NCBI GenBank assembly: GCA_964637115.1
Contig: CAZWVL010000005.1
Coordinates: forward strand, 1-64,000
DNA length: 64,000 bases
Direction of reading: 5' to 3'
From: an uncultured Methanosarcinales archaeon
Lineage (GTDB): Archaea > Nanobdellota > Nanobdellia > Woesearchaeales > ARS49
Both the position numbers and the translations under genes were made by a program. The stretch's first letter is position 1. Each line of letters starts with the position of its first letter. Shown here piece by piece: positions 37,970 through 46,666 of the stretch. A model generated the notes under the pieces. It saw only the letters and a program-made list of their open reading frames with translations, made no database searches and was not told where the DNA came from.

Positions 37970-40322
37970 TTCTTTCCGGTTTGAATGCGCGGTGGACAGC
38001 CGTAAATCCTTCTATTTTATCCTCTACAAACAGGCGCACGAGCAAGGTGTTTAAGTATTCTGGCGACATTAGAATGGCGCGGTAGTCATCATTTTCCTTG
38101 TAGATGAGTAGAGCTTGCCGTGTTTTTCCTTCCGGGAAAACGGTTTGCGTTCGTGTCCCGTTTCTAATTATTGTCAGGCTGTACGGGTATATGTTATTGA
38201 GTGATGCAGTGGTGTTTTCAATGTTAACAATGTAACCGGCACATTCAAGAATGGTTGTGTTAATTTCATTGCACGTTTTAATTGTTGAAATGGTTTTATC
38301 TGTGGGAATTAAGGCTTCTTCTTGTACGGCAAAGTACATTTGTCTGGCATCGTCGCCAGTAAGTCCTGTTACTTGTTCAATGTGTGCAAGTGTTTCTTTT
38401 TCAGTCATGCCTGCTGTTCGTTCACGGATGCTGCTTAAATCAGAATTTAATGTCGCAATCGAATATATCGTGCTTATTACGTCTAGCATGTTTTTGTCAA
38501 CAATGACGTATGCTTCTGGGAGCTCGCAGTGAGTGAGGTTGATCAAGTCAGCAATATTTTTTTTGGCAAGTGTTTTCTCGGCGTGTTCTTTTGGCTGCCG
38601 TAAAACTTCTTCTAGCACTGTTGTGCTGTTTGCGCCGAGTTCTTTTCTGTACGTGTTGTATGCAGTAAGTCCTTTGCAATCAAGCATGCGGAATACGTTT
38701 TTTGCATAAAGTTCGTCTTCTGAAATTAACGCTTTTGCAATCCAGTGTGATCTCGTGCTTGGTCCTGCGTCAATAAATGTTGGCCTTCGTGCAGAGTACT
38801 GCCAGACATAACCGTAATCCCACCACGTGTTTATGATTGCTCCAGGGCCGGTATTTTGTCTTAGCCAAAGGGCAGTTTCTGCAGTTGCATCGGTCATTGG
38901 TGATAATGGAACGTTGCTGGTGTCAAGCATTGTTGCTCCCACAATAAATGGTAAAAGTATTAACAACAAAAATGATGCAATTCGTTTTGAAGCAATGTGC
39001 AGAGAGCTGGTTAATCCCGCTGAAGACTGTTGCATTTTTAGCATTAGCCCTCCGACGAGAATTGTTGCGGGTGGTACAACGAAGAACATGAATCTTAGTG
39101 TTCGAAGTGCGGGAAGAAGCATAATTATTAGCCAGATGAAAATGAACAGCTCTGGAAGACTTGCATTCCTTCGTATTATGCGGTAGCAGAGCCATCCGGC
39201 TGCAATGAGCAAAATAAGGCTGAATAGCGGGTCGCCGAGTGCGCTGATGAATTCAGGAAATGTTGGCCGTGCAAGTTCCTTGACTGTTGTCTGTATGCCT
39301 TGCATGCCCGTGAGTTGTAATTTTACCATTATTTTGCGTACGTATCCTTGTTGGAAAAGGAGCAGTATGAGGGCCGTGCCTATTCCAAGGGTCGTGAACA
39401 ATATTTTTTTCCTAACTCCTTGCTTTATGATTGTGTAAATTCCGGCTGAAATGCAGAATGCTGCTGCAATGCCGAGAACAAAGAACCATCCGTTCCACGT
39501 ATGTTTCAGGGCAAACAAGCTTGCAATTACTCCAATGCCTGCTGTTACGCGCTGCCACTTGTTTCCTTCTATCAGCCATAGTATGCTTAAGAAAAATGCA
39601 AGTGAGAGCGGCATGATGAGGCTTGGCGTGTCTGTGAAGCCTGCCATGTTTTGCCTGAACAAATAGGGATGGACTGCAAACAATAGTGATGCGAAAAAGG
39701 CAGCCTCTGTTCGTTTGAAAATTGTGAATGCCAGTGCAAAAATTAATGCGATTGATATGATGCCCAACGCAACCGGCAGGAAAAACGATGTTCTGAGGAT
39801 TGTTGTTTCGGGCGATAAAATCCGTGCTAACTTGAACCAGCCTGCTTCTACAGCAGGCAGAAGCGTCCAGGGCGCCTCAGCACCTTGTGGCGCGTGTCTT
39901 AGTGTGTCGAACGGTCTGCCGTCTTCAAGTGTTTCTCCTTGGTGGCCGTGGTTGGCAATGTTTTCTGCATAGCGTAAGTAATAGTATGCGTCTGGTTCAA
40001 GCAGGTAAGGCGTTCCGTGTTCGTCTTGGAAGAGCGCTTTTTGTTCGTTCGCTATTTTTTGTATGGTTTGTTTTGTGCGCGGGTCTTTGAGTGTTGTGTG
40101 TATTTGTTCCTGGACTATGGGGATGATTTTACGGTCTTCAAGCTGCGGGTATTGCGCACGTGCTTTCTGAAGTGCTGATGCAGAAACTGAGTTTTCAACG
40201 TGCTTTGATACTAGTTCTTCAAGTTTGTCCAGCGAGGCGGAGGAGGAAAGCACGTATCCGCCGACAATCATTGAAATAATGAGCAGAATCCACCATGGGC
40301 ATTTTATTTCGTCCGGGTCCAT
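37911..40322 (-). CDS. aglB: Archaeal oligosaccharyltransferase (STT3/AglB)
   Basis: EPDAYYYLR, FTDT, TVKEL, WWDYG signature, FIDAG; about 13 TM plus a C-terminal soluble domain. Confidence 0.92.
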   Translation of the reverse strand: MDPDEIKCPWWILLIISMIVGGYVLSSSASLDKLEELVSKHVENSVSASALQKARAQYPQLEDRKIIPIVQEQIHTTLKDPRTKQTIQKIANEQKALFQDEHGTPYLLEPDAYYYLRYAENIANHGHQGETLEDGRPFDTLRHAPQGAEAPWTLLPAVEAGWFKLARILSPETTILRTSFFLPVALGIISIALIFALAFTIFKRTEAAFFASLLFAVHPYLFRQNMAGFTDTPSLIMPLSLAFFLSILWLIEGNKWQRVTAGIGVIASLFALKHTWNGWFFVLGIAAAFCISAGIYTIIKQGVRKKILFTTLGIGTALILLLFQQGYVRKIMVKLQLTGMQGIQTTVKELARPTFPEFISALGDPLFSLILLIAAGWLCYRIIRRNASLPELFIFIWLIIMLLPALRTLRFMFFVVPPATILVGGLMLKMQQSSAGLTSSLHIASKRIASFLLLILLPFIVGATMLDTSNVPLSPMTDATAETALWLRQNTGPGAIINTWWDYGYVWQYSARRPTFIDAGPSTRSHWIAKALISEDELYAKNVFRMLDCKGLTAYNTYRKELGANSTTVLEEVLRQPKEHAEKTLAKKNIADLINLTHCELPEAYVIVDKNMLDVISTIYSIATLNSDLSSIRERTAGMTEKETLAHIEQVTGLTGDDARQMYFAVQEEALIPTDKTISTIKTCNEINTTILECAGYIVNIENTTASLNNIYPYSLTIIRNGTRTQTVFPEGKTRQALLIYKENDDYRAILMSPEYLNTLLVRLFVEDKIEGFTAVHRAFKPERIMTWKILDYKHQQSYPPSD

Positions 40323-40371
40323 TATGACGGTTGTATGCAGGGGAGTATTTAAAAAATATGTGAGTCTTTAT

Positions 40372-41673
40372 ATGCGAATTGTCTCTTTTGAATTTGAAAT
40401 GTTATCGCGCACGAAAAGCAATATGTCTGCCAGAATAATTAACGGTCTTTCTAATTCATTGCAGATTGACGTTTCTTATTTTGCAAGGGCGGGTTTCTGG
40501 GTTGTTGTGGGGTATGCTGGCAGTGCATTGCTTCGGATTTTGCAGATTATTATTTTGGCCCGCGCCATTGACCGGCAGCTGTATGGTGAGTATCAGTTTG
40601 TTCTTGTTTTGATAGCTGCTGTTGCAGTGTTTTCGCTGCCTGGAATGGACAGCGCCATTGTTCGTTCTGTCGCGAATGGCTACTTTTCTTCATTTGTTGC
40701 AGGAACAAAGGCAAAATTGAAGTGGGCGCTTATCGGCACTCTGGTGTTGCTGGGTATGGCAGTGTTCTTTAAGTTCTTCCAGCCGAAGCCTTTCTGGCAT
40801 CTTTTCATTTTTGTTGCTCTGCTGTTTCCGTGCTACACTGGTTTTACAGGGATATCTGCTTATTATAGGGGCAGGGAAAAGTTTCGCGCGGCTGCATTGT
40901 ATGATTTGCTTGTTGCAGGAGTAAGCACTTTTTCAGTCGTGGTTGCGTTGTTAATCGAAAAATCAGTCTTTTCCATTATTCTTTCTCTGATGATCTTTAA
41001 CATTCTCTTGTATCTTTATTTTTATGTTAAGACGTGCAAGCAAATTCCACATAAACCTTTAGACCGCGCAGTTGTCAGGGAAGGTGTTCACTATTCTGTT
41101 ATTGGTGCGCTGAGCTATCTGACTCCGTATGTGGATAAGTTCATTATTGCGTTTATTGTTGGTTTTGAAGGTCTTGCCATTTATGCTGTTGCAGTTTCTT
41201 TGCTGCTGAATCTTTCAAATGGAAGTTATCTGATTTCGATGCTTTTGCTGCCGAAGCTTTCCCGTGCCAAGTCGCATCATGCAGTGCGTATTAGGGGTCT
41301 TTTTTGGCTGATGTGTCTTAGTATTGCAGGTATTGTTGCACTTGTCATACTGCTCACTCCTTTGCTCTTGCCGCTTTTGTTCTCCGTGAAATATGTTGAA
41401 TCTGTTCGGTATGCGCAGATCGCACTTGTTTCTTTGGTGTTTATGCTTCCTTCAGCAGTGCTTGTTACTTATTTCAGGGCTGGAAATAGGACGAAGTTTC
41501 TCTACGTGTACTCGTTGGGCATGGGAGTGATGAATATTGTCTTGCTCGGCATTGGCGTGCCGTTGTTTGGTATTCTTGGCGCAGTGCTGAGCAAGGTTTT
41601 GTTGGGCTTTCTTGGTTGCGCGTTTTTGACAATCTCTTTTTTTTCTACCACAAACATTAAAAGTCGGCAGTAA
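40372..41673 (+). CDS. Oligosaccharide flippase (Wzx/RfbX-like); start uncertain (40372/40399/40423)
   Basis: LARAIDRQLYGEY, LPGMD, VDKFII, LAIYAVA, GILGA; 12-14 TM. Confidence 0.85.
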   Translation: MRIVSFEFEMLSRTKSNMSARIINGLSNSLQIDVSYFARAGFWVVVGYAGSALLRILQIIILARAIDRQLYGEYQFVLVLIAAVAVFSLPGMDSAIVRSVANGYFSSFVAGTKAKLKWALIGTLVLLGMAVFFKFFQPKPFWHLFIFVALLFPCYTGFTGISAYYRGREKFRAAALYDLLVAGVSTFSVVVALLIEKSVFSIILSLMIFNILLYLYFYVKTCKQIPHKPLDRAVVREGVHYSVIGALSYLTPYVDKFIIAFIVGFEGLAIYAVAVSLLLNLSNGSYLISMLLLPKLSRAKSHHAVRIRGLFWLMCLSIAGIVALVILLTPLLLPLLFSVKYVESVRYAQIALVSLVFMLPSAVLVTYFRAGNRTKFLYVYSLGMGVMNIVLLGIGVPLFGILGAVLSKVLLGFLGCAFLTISFFSTTNIKSRQ

Positions 41674-41676
41674 TCC

Positions 41677-42678
41677 GTGTCCGTTATGATTCTTTTGCAG
41701 ATTGCAGTGGCTGTCGGAGTGAGTTTTTTATTTACTCTTGTTGCACTGCCCTATTGGATTTCACGTTCAAAGGCGCATAAGCTGCTGATTCAGGATTCTC
41801 AAAAGATGCCTGTGCGGAGAATTCCGTATCTTGCTGGTTTGATTGTTGTGTTTGGTGCCGTATTGGGCATTCTTTCTTTTGTTTTCGCGCAGACGTTCGT
41901 GTATCCGGGCAAGGAGGGCATTACGGTGCTTTTGGCTGCAGTTGCAACTATTCTTATCGCGCTTATTATAGGTATTATTGATGATTTGTTGGGTGAGAAG
42001 ATTGGGCTGAGGCAGTATCAAAAGCCGATCTTGACACTCGTTGCTGCCCTGCCAATTATTGTAGTTAATGCCGGGCAGAATATCATGTCGTTTCCGTTTA
42101 TCGGGCAGGTGATGTTGGGCAATCTGTACGCGTTTGTGGTTGTTCCGATCGGTATTGTCGGCGCGACAAATGGGTTTAACATTATTGCCGGCGTGAATGG
42201 ATTGGAAGCAGGAATGGGCATTATTATCTTGAGCACGCTGGGCTATTTGGCTTGGACTTTTGAAGGTTTTTCTGCTGCGGTTATAGCAGCTTGCATGGTG
42301 GCAGCATTGCTCTCGTTTTTGTGGTATAACCGGTTTCCAGCGCGCATTTTGCCTGGCAATGGTTTTACGTATGCTGTTGGTGCGGCTATTGCAGTGGTTG
42401 CCATCGTCGGCAATCTTGAACGCGCTGCATTGCTTCTTTTTATTCCGTATTTCATCGAGTTTTTCTTGAAGCTCAGGGGTTTGTTTCAGAAGGAAAGTCT
42501 TGCACGTCCGTTGTCTGACGGTTCGCTCGTGAATAATTACAAGCATTGGTATTCGTTGAATCACGTGGTTATTTCTTTGTTGAGAAAGCTGAAAAGAAAA
42601 GCAAGAGAGTGGGAAGTTACTTTAGTGTTGCTTGGCTTTGAAGTTCTTATTGCTTTTGGCACTCTTGCGTTGTATTAG
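41677..42678 (+). CDS. aglH: UDP-GlcNAc:dolichyl-phosphate GlcNAc-1-phosphotransferase (AglH/GPT, MraY-like)
   Basis: GIIDDL, KP, NGFNIIAGVNGLEAG, YNRFPARILPGNG, FIPYFIEFFLK. Confidence 0.75.
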   Translation: MSVMILLQIAVAVGVSFLFTLVALPYWISRSKAHKLLIQDSQKMPVRRIPYLAGLIVVFGAVLGILSFVFAQTFVYPGKEGITVLLAAVATILIALIIGIIDDLLGEKIGLRQYQKPILTLVAALPIIVVNAGQNIMSFPFIGQVMLGNLYAFVVVPIGIVGATNGFNIIAGVNGLEAGMGIIILSTLGYLAWTFEGFSAAVIAACMVAALLSFLWYNRFPARILPGNGFTYAVGAAIAVVAIVGNLERAALLLFIPYFIEFFLKLRGLFQKESLARPLSDGSLVNNYKHWYSLNHVVISLLRKLKRKAREWEVTLVLLGFEVLIAFGTLALY

Positions 42679-42731
42679 AAATAAGTTTTTAAAGTGTGTT
42701 CTATATCCTATATGTATAAGAGGTGATTGTA

Positions 42732-42956
42732 ATGCATAACTGCAATTTCAACAAGACCGCGTTATTGACTGATGTGAGACGGATTATCTGGCGTTTGGAA
42801 AATTACAAGAAGGATGCCAAGACTGCAAATCATCCATTATGTGGCAAATTATTGGATGACATGGAAGTAGATTTGAAGAAGTACAGCAAGAAGCTGGAAG
42901 ACGCCATCGTTGGACTGGCAAAGGAAGGCAAGTTCACTTTTTGCGAAAAGTGTTGA
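42732..42956 (+). CDS. Small Cys/His-containing helical protein (ferritin-like fragment?)
   Basis: HNCNFN, IWRLE.YKKDA, HPLC, C-terminal FCEKC. Confidence 0.6.
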   Translation: MHNCNFNKTALLTDVRRIIWRLENYKKDAKTANHPLCGKLLDDMEVDLKKYSKKLEDAIVGLAKEGKFTFCEKC

Positions 42957-43028
42957 TTACTGGCTTGTAGTCTCAAATCATTTTAAAGGTAAGTTCATTT
43001 ACTTCACCAAATTGGGTTGAGGTGAATT

Positions 43029-43289
43029 ATGGAAGATGTTGCTGTTGAGCCGTCTAAGGTCTCTAGCGCAAAACCGGTTTCTATTGTTGATGCTTTTGGC
43101 TTGGAAAAGCTTTTGTCAACAGGCTTGAAAACCGAACTTGTTGCAATGGAAGCGCAGGTGAAAAGAAGCAAAAGCGAAGGCTTGGTGTATACTATGTATT
43201 TGAAAATTGCAAAAGATCTGGTCGCGCAAAACATGCCTGGACCTGCAGGATTTACACACGCTGCCGTGCTGGATTTTTATAAGCTCTGA
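43029..43289 (+). CDS. Hypothetical protein
   Basis: 86-aa ORF with SD-like GAGGTG upstream. Confidence 0.55.
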   Translation: MEDVAVEPSKVSSAKPVSIVDAFGLEKLLSTGLKTELVAMEAQVKRSKSEGLVYTMYLKIAKDLVAQNMPGPAGFTHAAVLDFYKL

Positions 43290-44202
43290 TTGCCTCTGCA
43301 AAAAGGGGTTCCAATGGAATTGTGCGTATTTTTTCGTGTGCTGCCTTAAGCGGGATTGTGTTGCCGAAGACTATTTCTTTTACAAAAGCGTCATTGCACA
43401 GATCTCGTAATCTGGGTTCAAATCCTTGGCCAAGAACAGGATGTATGATTATTATGTAAGCTTCTTTTGCCCCGCGTTCTTTTATGGCCCGTACTGATTC
43501 GTGAATTGTGCCTAGCGTGTCGCCGATGTCGTCATATAAGAAAACGGTTTTTCCTTTCACATCTCCCTTGATGTTCAAAATTTCTGTTTTATCATCTTCT
43601 GGTCTGCGCTTCTCTCCAATTGCAATGTTTGTTTTTAATGTGCTGCTCTTAGCTACAATGTTTTGTGTTTCGCGCACTCTTCGCGCTCCCCCTTCATCCG
43701 GGCTAGCAAGTACTATGGTGTTCTCTTTGTCAGCTGTTTTGATTATGAAACTGGCTGCCAGATGATTGAACGTCAGGTGTTCCATTTTGATTCCTGCCTC
43801 GGAAAATATTTTCTCAGTCTCGTCTGCGTGCAGGCCTATTGTTATGATTCTATTTACTCCCATTGCTTTCAATGTGCGCGCCACAACCCCTGTTTGTATC
43901 GGTTGTTGATCGATTTGTTTTTCGCCTCTCATTCCAAAGCAGTACGGCATTACAATTGTGATGTTTTTTGCAGTTCGCGCTGCGCTGATTGCATTGAGAA
44001 GTTCGTAGAAGCGCTCTCCGATTGGAGGAGTATAGCTCTGAAAGATGTACGCGTCCTTTTCTTTGACGTTTTCTTTTATTTTGATGCTGGTTTCTCCATC
44101 TTTTAATTTTATGACTTCAGTGGAATGAGGACTTGTGTTTAGTAGTCTTGCCACAGTGTTTGAGAATGCTTTGTCCTGTGAAACGTCAATTATTGCTATC
44201 AT
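43252..44202 (-). CDS. prs: Ribose-phosphate pyrophosphokinase family protein (divergent motifs)
   Basis: KDGETSI, MPY, LH, SPDEGG, KRR, GDVKGK, DDIGDTLGT; start reassigned to MIAII at 44202. Confidence 0.75.
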   Translation of the reverse strand: MIAIIDVSQDKAFSNTVARLLNTSPHSTEVIKLKDGETSIKIKENVKEKDAYIFQSYTPPIGERFYELLNAISAARTAKNITIVMPYCFGMRGEKQIDQQPIQTGVVARTLKAMGVNRIITIGLHADETEKIFSEAGIKMEHLTFNHLAASFIIKTADKENTIVLASPDEGGARRVRETQNIVAKSSTLKTNIAIGEKRRPEDDKTEILNIKGDVKGKTVFLYDDIGDTLGTIHESVRAIKERGAKEAYIIIIHPVLGQGFEPRLRDLCNDAFVKEIVFGNTIPLKAAHEKIRTIPLEPLFAEAIRAYKNPARQRV

Positions 44203-44250
44203 AACCCACTGCGTTAGAAAACCAGTTATTGCTTTTATTGTTTTCGGAAG

Positions 44251-44413
44251 AATAGGTGAGTAGCGAGGGGGCTTGCGCCCCCTTCGCACACTCGTGGATG
44301 GTGGCTTTGTGGATTTAGCTCATTGGCACCTATTAAATAACTCCGTGAAACAAGGTGAAACGAGTTGGAACGACCGCGGAGGTCGAGAGGAGGGCGGCGG
44401 TTGAGCCCTCCTC
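44251..44413 (-). ncRNA. Candidate structured RNA/leader upstream of the prs-like gene
   Basis: Outer IR 44251-58/44327-34; GGGGGC-GCAA-GCCCCC GNRA hairpin on the minus strand (44263-87); hairpins 44371-85 and 44387-413; GTGAAAC direct repeat. Confidence 0.4.
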
Positions 44414-44443
44414 GGTATGATTACGCAGTCTAGAATCAAAATG

Positions 44444-45325
44444 CTACTTCTTCAGCGCTATCTTATTCGTATTGCCGTAAATCGTCTTTGTTATTACCCC
44501 TCTTTCTTCTAAATTCCGTAATATCCTGCTGACTTTGGCTTTTGAGAAGTTTGTCGTTTGTTGTATCTGTTTCTGCCATACTTCGCCGTTTTGTTTCAGG
44601 AAATCTACAACTTGCTGTTCTTTGTCGATTAAAGTGGGAACGATGACTGTTTTCTTCTTTGTAGTCTTGTTTTTTGGCGTTCTTTGGCGTATTTGTGACA
44701 GTATTGTCCAGGCAACGCCCATGGCGGTTAAAATCACTAGCGCTGCTGTTGCTGCTATCCAGCCGAATGGGGGTCCTATGACTCTTCTTGCTATGACTGA
44801 AACAGGCAGTTCTTGTCCTTTCTGCTCCCAGTTTAGTATGATTCTCTGCCCGTCAGAGTATACTTCTTTTGGTTTTGGTGAGACGTAAAAGCTTTCATCT
44901 TTGCCTTTTTCTCTTGGAATGATGTATCCGACAGGCAGCACAAGGGTTATTTGCTGGCTTCGTGAAGGATACGGCAGCTTGTCGGTGTAGCGGAACAGCG
45001 TGTTTTCTCCAACCGTGGCAATTGGATAATCTGTTTCATAGCTTATGTTGATGTTGTATGCCCCTGCCGGAATGCTGCCGCAGCGTGCAAACTCTGCTTG
45101 TATTAAACAATCTGTAATTCCGCCGTTTATGGATATTTCAACATCCCTTGGGTTTGGGCTTAAGATTAATGTCAGATTTCCTATTGAGTCTGAGATGAGT
45201 ACTAGGTTGCTCTGGACAAACGTTGTGCTTCCTTCAAGCTCTATTTTGGTCTCTGAATTATTTATTACATTGGTTGCAAAGACCATAGGCACAAGTAGCA
45301 GTGCCACCACCCAAACTTGTTTCAT
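44444..45325 (-). CDS. Membrane-anchored protein with C-terminal winged HTH (COG2512-like)
   Basis: Signal peptide, extracellular beta-rich region, TM helix, then EQQVVDFL..GEVWQKQIQQTTNFSKAKVSRILRNLEERGVI. Confidence 0.8.
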   Translation of the reverse strand: MKQVWVVALLLVPMVFATNVINNSETKIELEGSTTFVQSNLVLISDSIGNLTLILSPNPRDVEISINGGITDCLIQAEFARCGSIPAGAYNINISYETDYPIATVGENTLFRYTDKLPYPSRSQQITLVLPVGYIIPREKGKDESFYVSPKPKEVYSDGQRIILNWEQKGQELPVSVIARRVIGPPFGWIAATAALVILTAMGVAWTILSQIRQRTPKNKTTKKKTVIVPTLIDKEQQVVDFLKQNGEVWQKQIQQTTNFSKAKVSRILRNLEERGVITKTIYGNTNKIALKK

Positions 45326-45414
45326 GTTGTTTCACTTATGCTGCCGAGCGTATTTAAAACTTATGTACATTTGCTTACAAAATCTTTATATATCTGTTAG
45401 TGTCATTTGCAATT

Positions 45415-46242
45415 ATGCGTGGATGGATTGTAGTTGTAATGGTGCTGCTTCTTGCAGTTGTTGTTTCAGCCGGTAACGTGAGTTTGTGTTCTGATACTGA
45501 TGGCGGCGGTGCAAAGTCTAGGGATGCTGCTTTGAAAGTAAGGGGTGAAGTGAAGTACGGTATTACCTCTCAGGTCGATACTTGTTTGACTTCAGAAGAG
45601 GGTGTTTCTACTAATCAGAGCAAGTGGTTGAAGGAATATTTTTGTGCACTTGACAAAAGGGAATCTGAAGCTTACGATTGTGTGAGGCTTGGCTTTTCTG
45701 GTTGTAAAAACGGTGAGTGTGCTGGTGGAGCTTCTGCAGCCCAGAACCAGTCTCAGCAGACTCAGCCGGTAGCTGCTTGTGGCAACAAGATTCTTGAGAA
45801 GGACAAGGGCGAGGAGTGCGATCCTCCTAACAAGATTTGTTTTGGCAAGACAAAGGATCAGTATGGCTTGTGTGACGCGGTTTGCAAGTGTAAGGTTTCT
45901 GGTGCTTCTGCTGCCGCGCACGTTCCTGCGTGCGGCGATGATGTGCGAGAGGGCACTGAAGAATGCGAGAAAGATGATGAATGTCCTGATAATCACGTTT
46001 GTTCATCGTGTAAATGTGTTAAACAGTTGACAGCTGCAGATATTGAGGCTATGAAAAAGCAGGCTGCTGAGGGAAAGACCGAACCTTCAAAAGAGATTGA
46101 TGAGAAGTACAAGGCGCCTGATATGCACGAAGTTGATCTTAGTGTCAAGAACTTTTCTGAAGAGCCTGGCATGAAGGCTACCTCGGGAATTGCGAACTTT
46201 TTCAAGAGTATTTTTGGATGGATTGCTGCTTTGTTCAGCTGA
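45415..46242 (+). CDS. Secreted cysteine-rich surface protein
   Basis: Signal peptide, CSDTDGG, 18 Cys, two CG(N/D)...EEC modules, amphipathic C-terminus GIANFFKSIFGW. Confidence 0.75.
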   Translation: MRGWIVVVMVLLLAVVVSAGNVSLCSDTDGGGAKSRDAALKVRGEVKYGITSQVDTCLTSEEGVSTNQSKWLKEYFCALDKRESEAYDCVRLGFSGCKNGECAGGASAAQNQSQQTQPVAACGNKILEKDKGEECDPPNKICFGKTKDQYGLCDAVCKCKVSGASAAAHVPACGDDVREGTEECEKDDECPDNHVCSSCKCVKQLTAADIEAMKKQAAEGKTEPSKEIDEKYKAPDMHEVDLSVKNFSEEPGMKATSGIANFFKSIFGWIAALFS

Positions 46243-46666
46243 CTTTTCTGACTTCCTGCGCCGCTCTGATCACGTAAGGTGGTGTTTCTTTCCAGCCAAA
46301 TATGCCTCCGACTAATATGTGGGTTGCAAAGCGCGTGAATTCTTCTGTTCTTATTTGGTACTTGCCAATTCTGATCGTTTCTCCGATTTGTTCAGGGTAT
46401 TCGTATAATCGGCATCTTGCCAGTCGTACGTCAAGGCCGGATTCTGGTATTTGTATGTGTTGGCTGATTTTGCTGAATGCCTGTCTGACGTAGGATGGCG
46501 TTTGCTGCCATCCTCGTTTTCCCCCGCTTAACACGTATGCAGCAAATCCTGTGAACTCGCGGGTTGGTATTTCGTAGTCTCCGATGCGCAGGTATGCTGT
46601 GTGCGGTTTGCAGAATCCGCAGTTGTCCAGTTCTCCGTGGTTTAGTGTTTTCAATACCAGGCTCAT
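46235..46666 (-). CDS. Hypothetical protein with an internally duplicated ~38-aa domain
   Basis: RIG.Y.I.T.EFT.FA...L.GG..GW..TP.YV twice; N-terminal CxxC; ATGA-coupled to the MBL gene. Confidence 0.7.
   Translation of the reverse strand: MSLVLKTLNHGELDNCGFCKPHTAYLRIGDYEIPTREFTGFAAYVLSGGKRGWQQTPSYVRQAFSKISQHIQIPESGLDVRLARCRLYEYPEQIGETIRIGKYQIRTEEFTRFATHILVGGIFGWKETPPYVIRAAQEVRKVS

Noticed and set aside
44203-44443. RNase P RNA, SRP RNA, tRNA or PRPP riboswitch
   Set aside because: No GAGGAAAGUCC / ACAGAA..GGCUUA, SRP helix-8, T-loop or ykkC consensus found by eye on either strand
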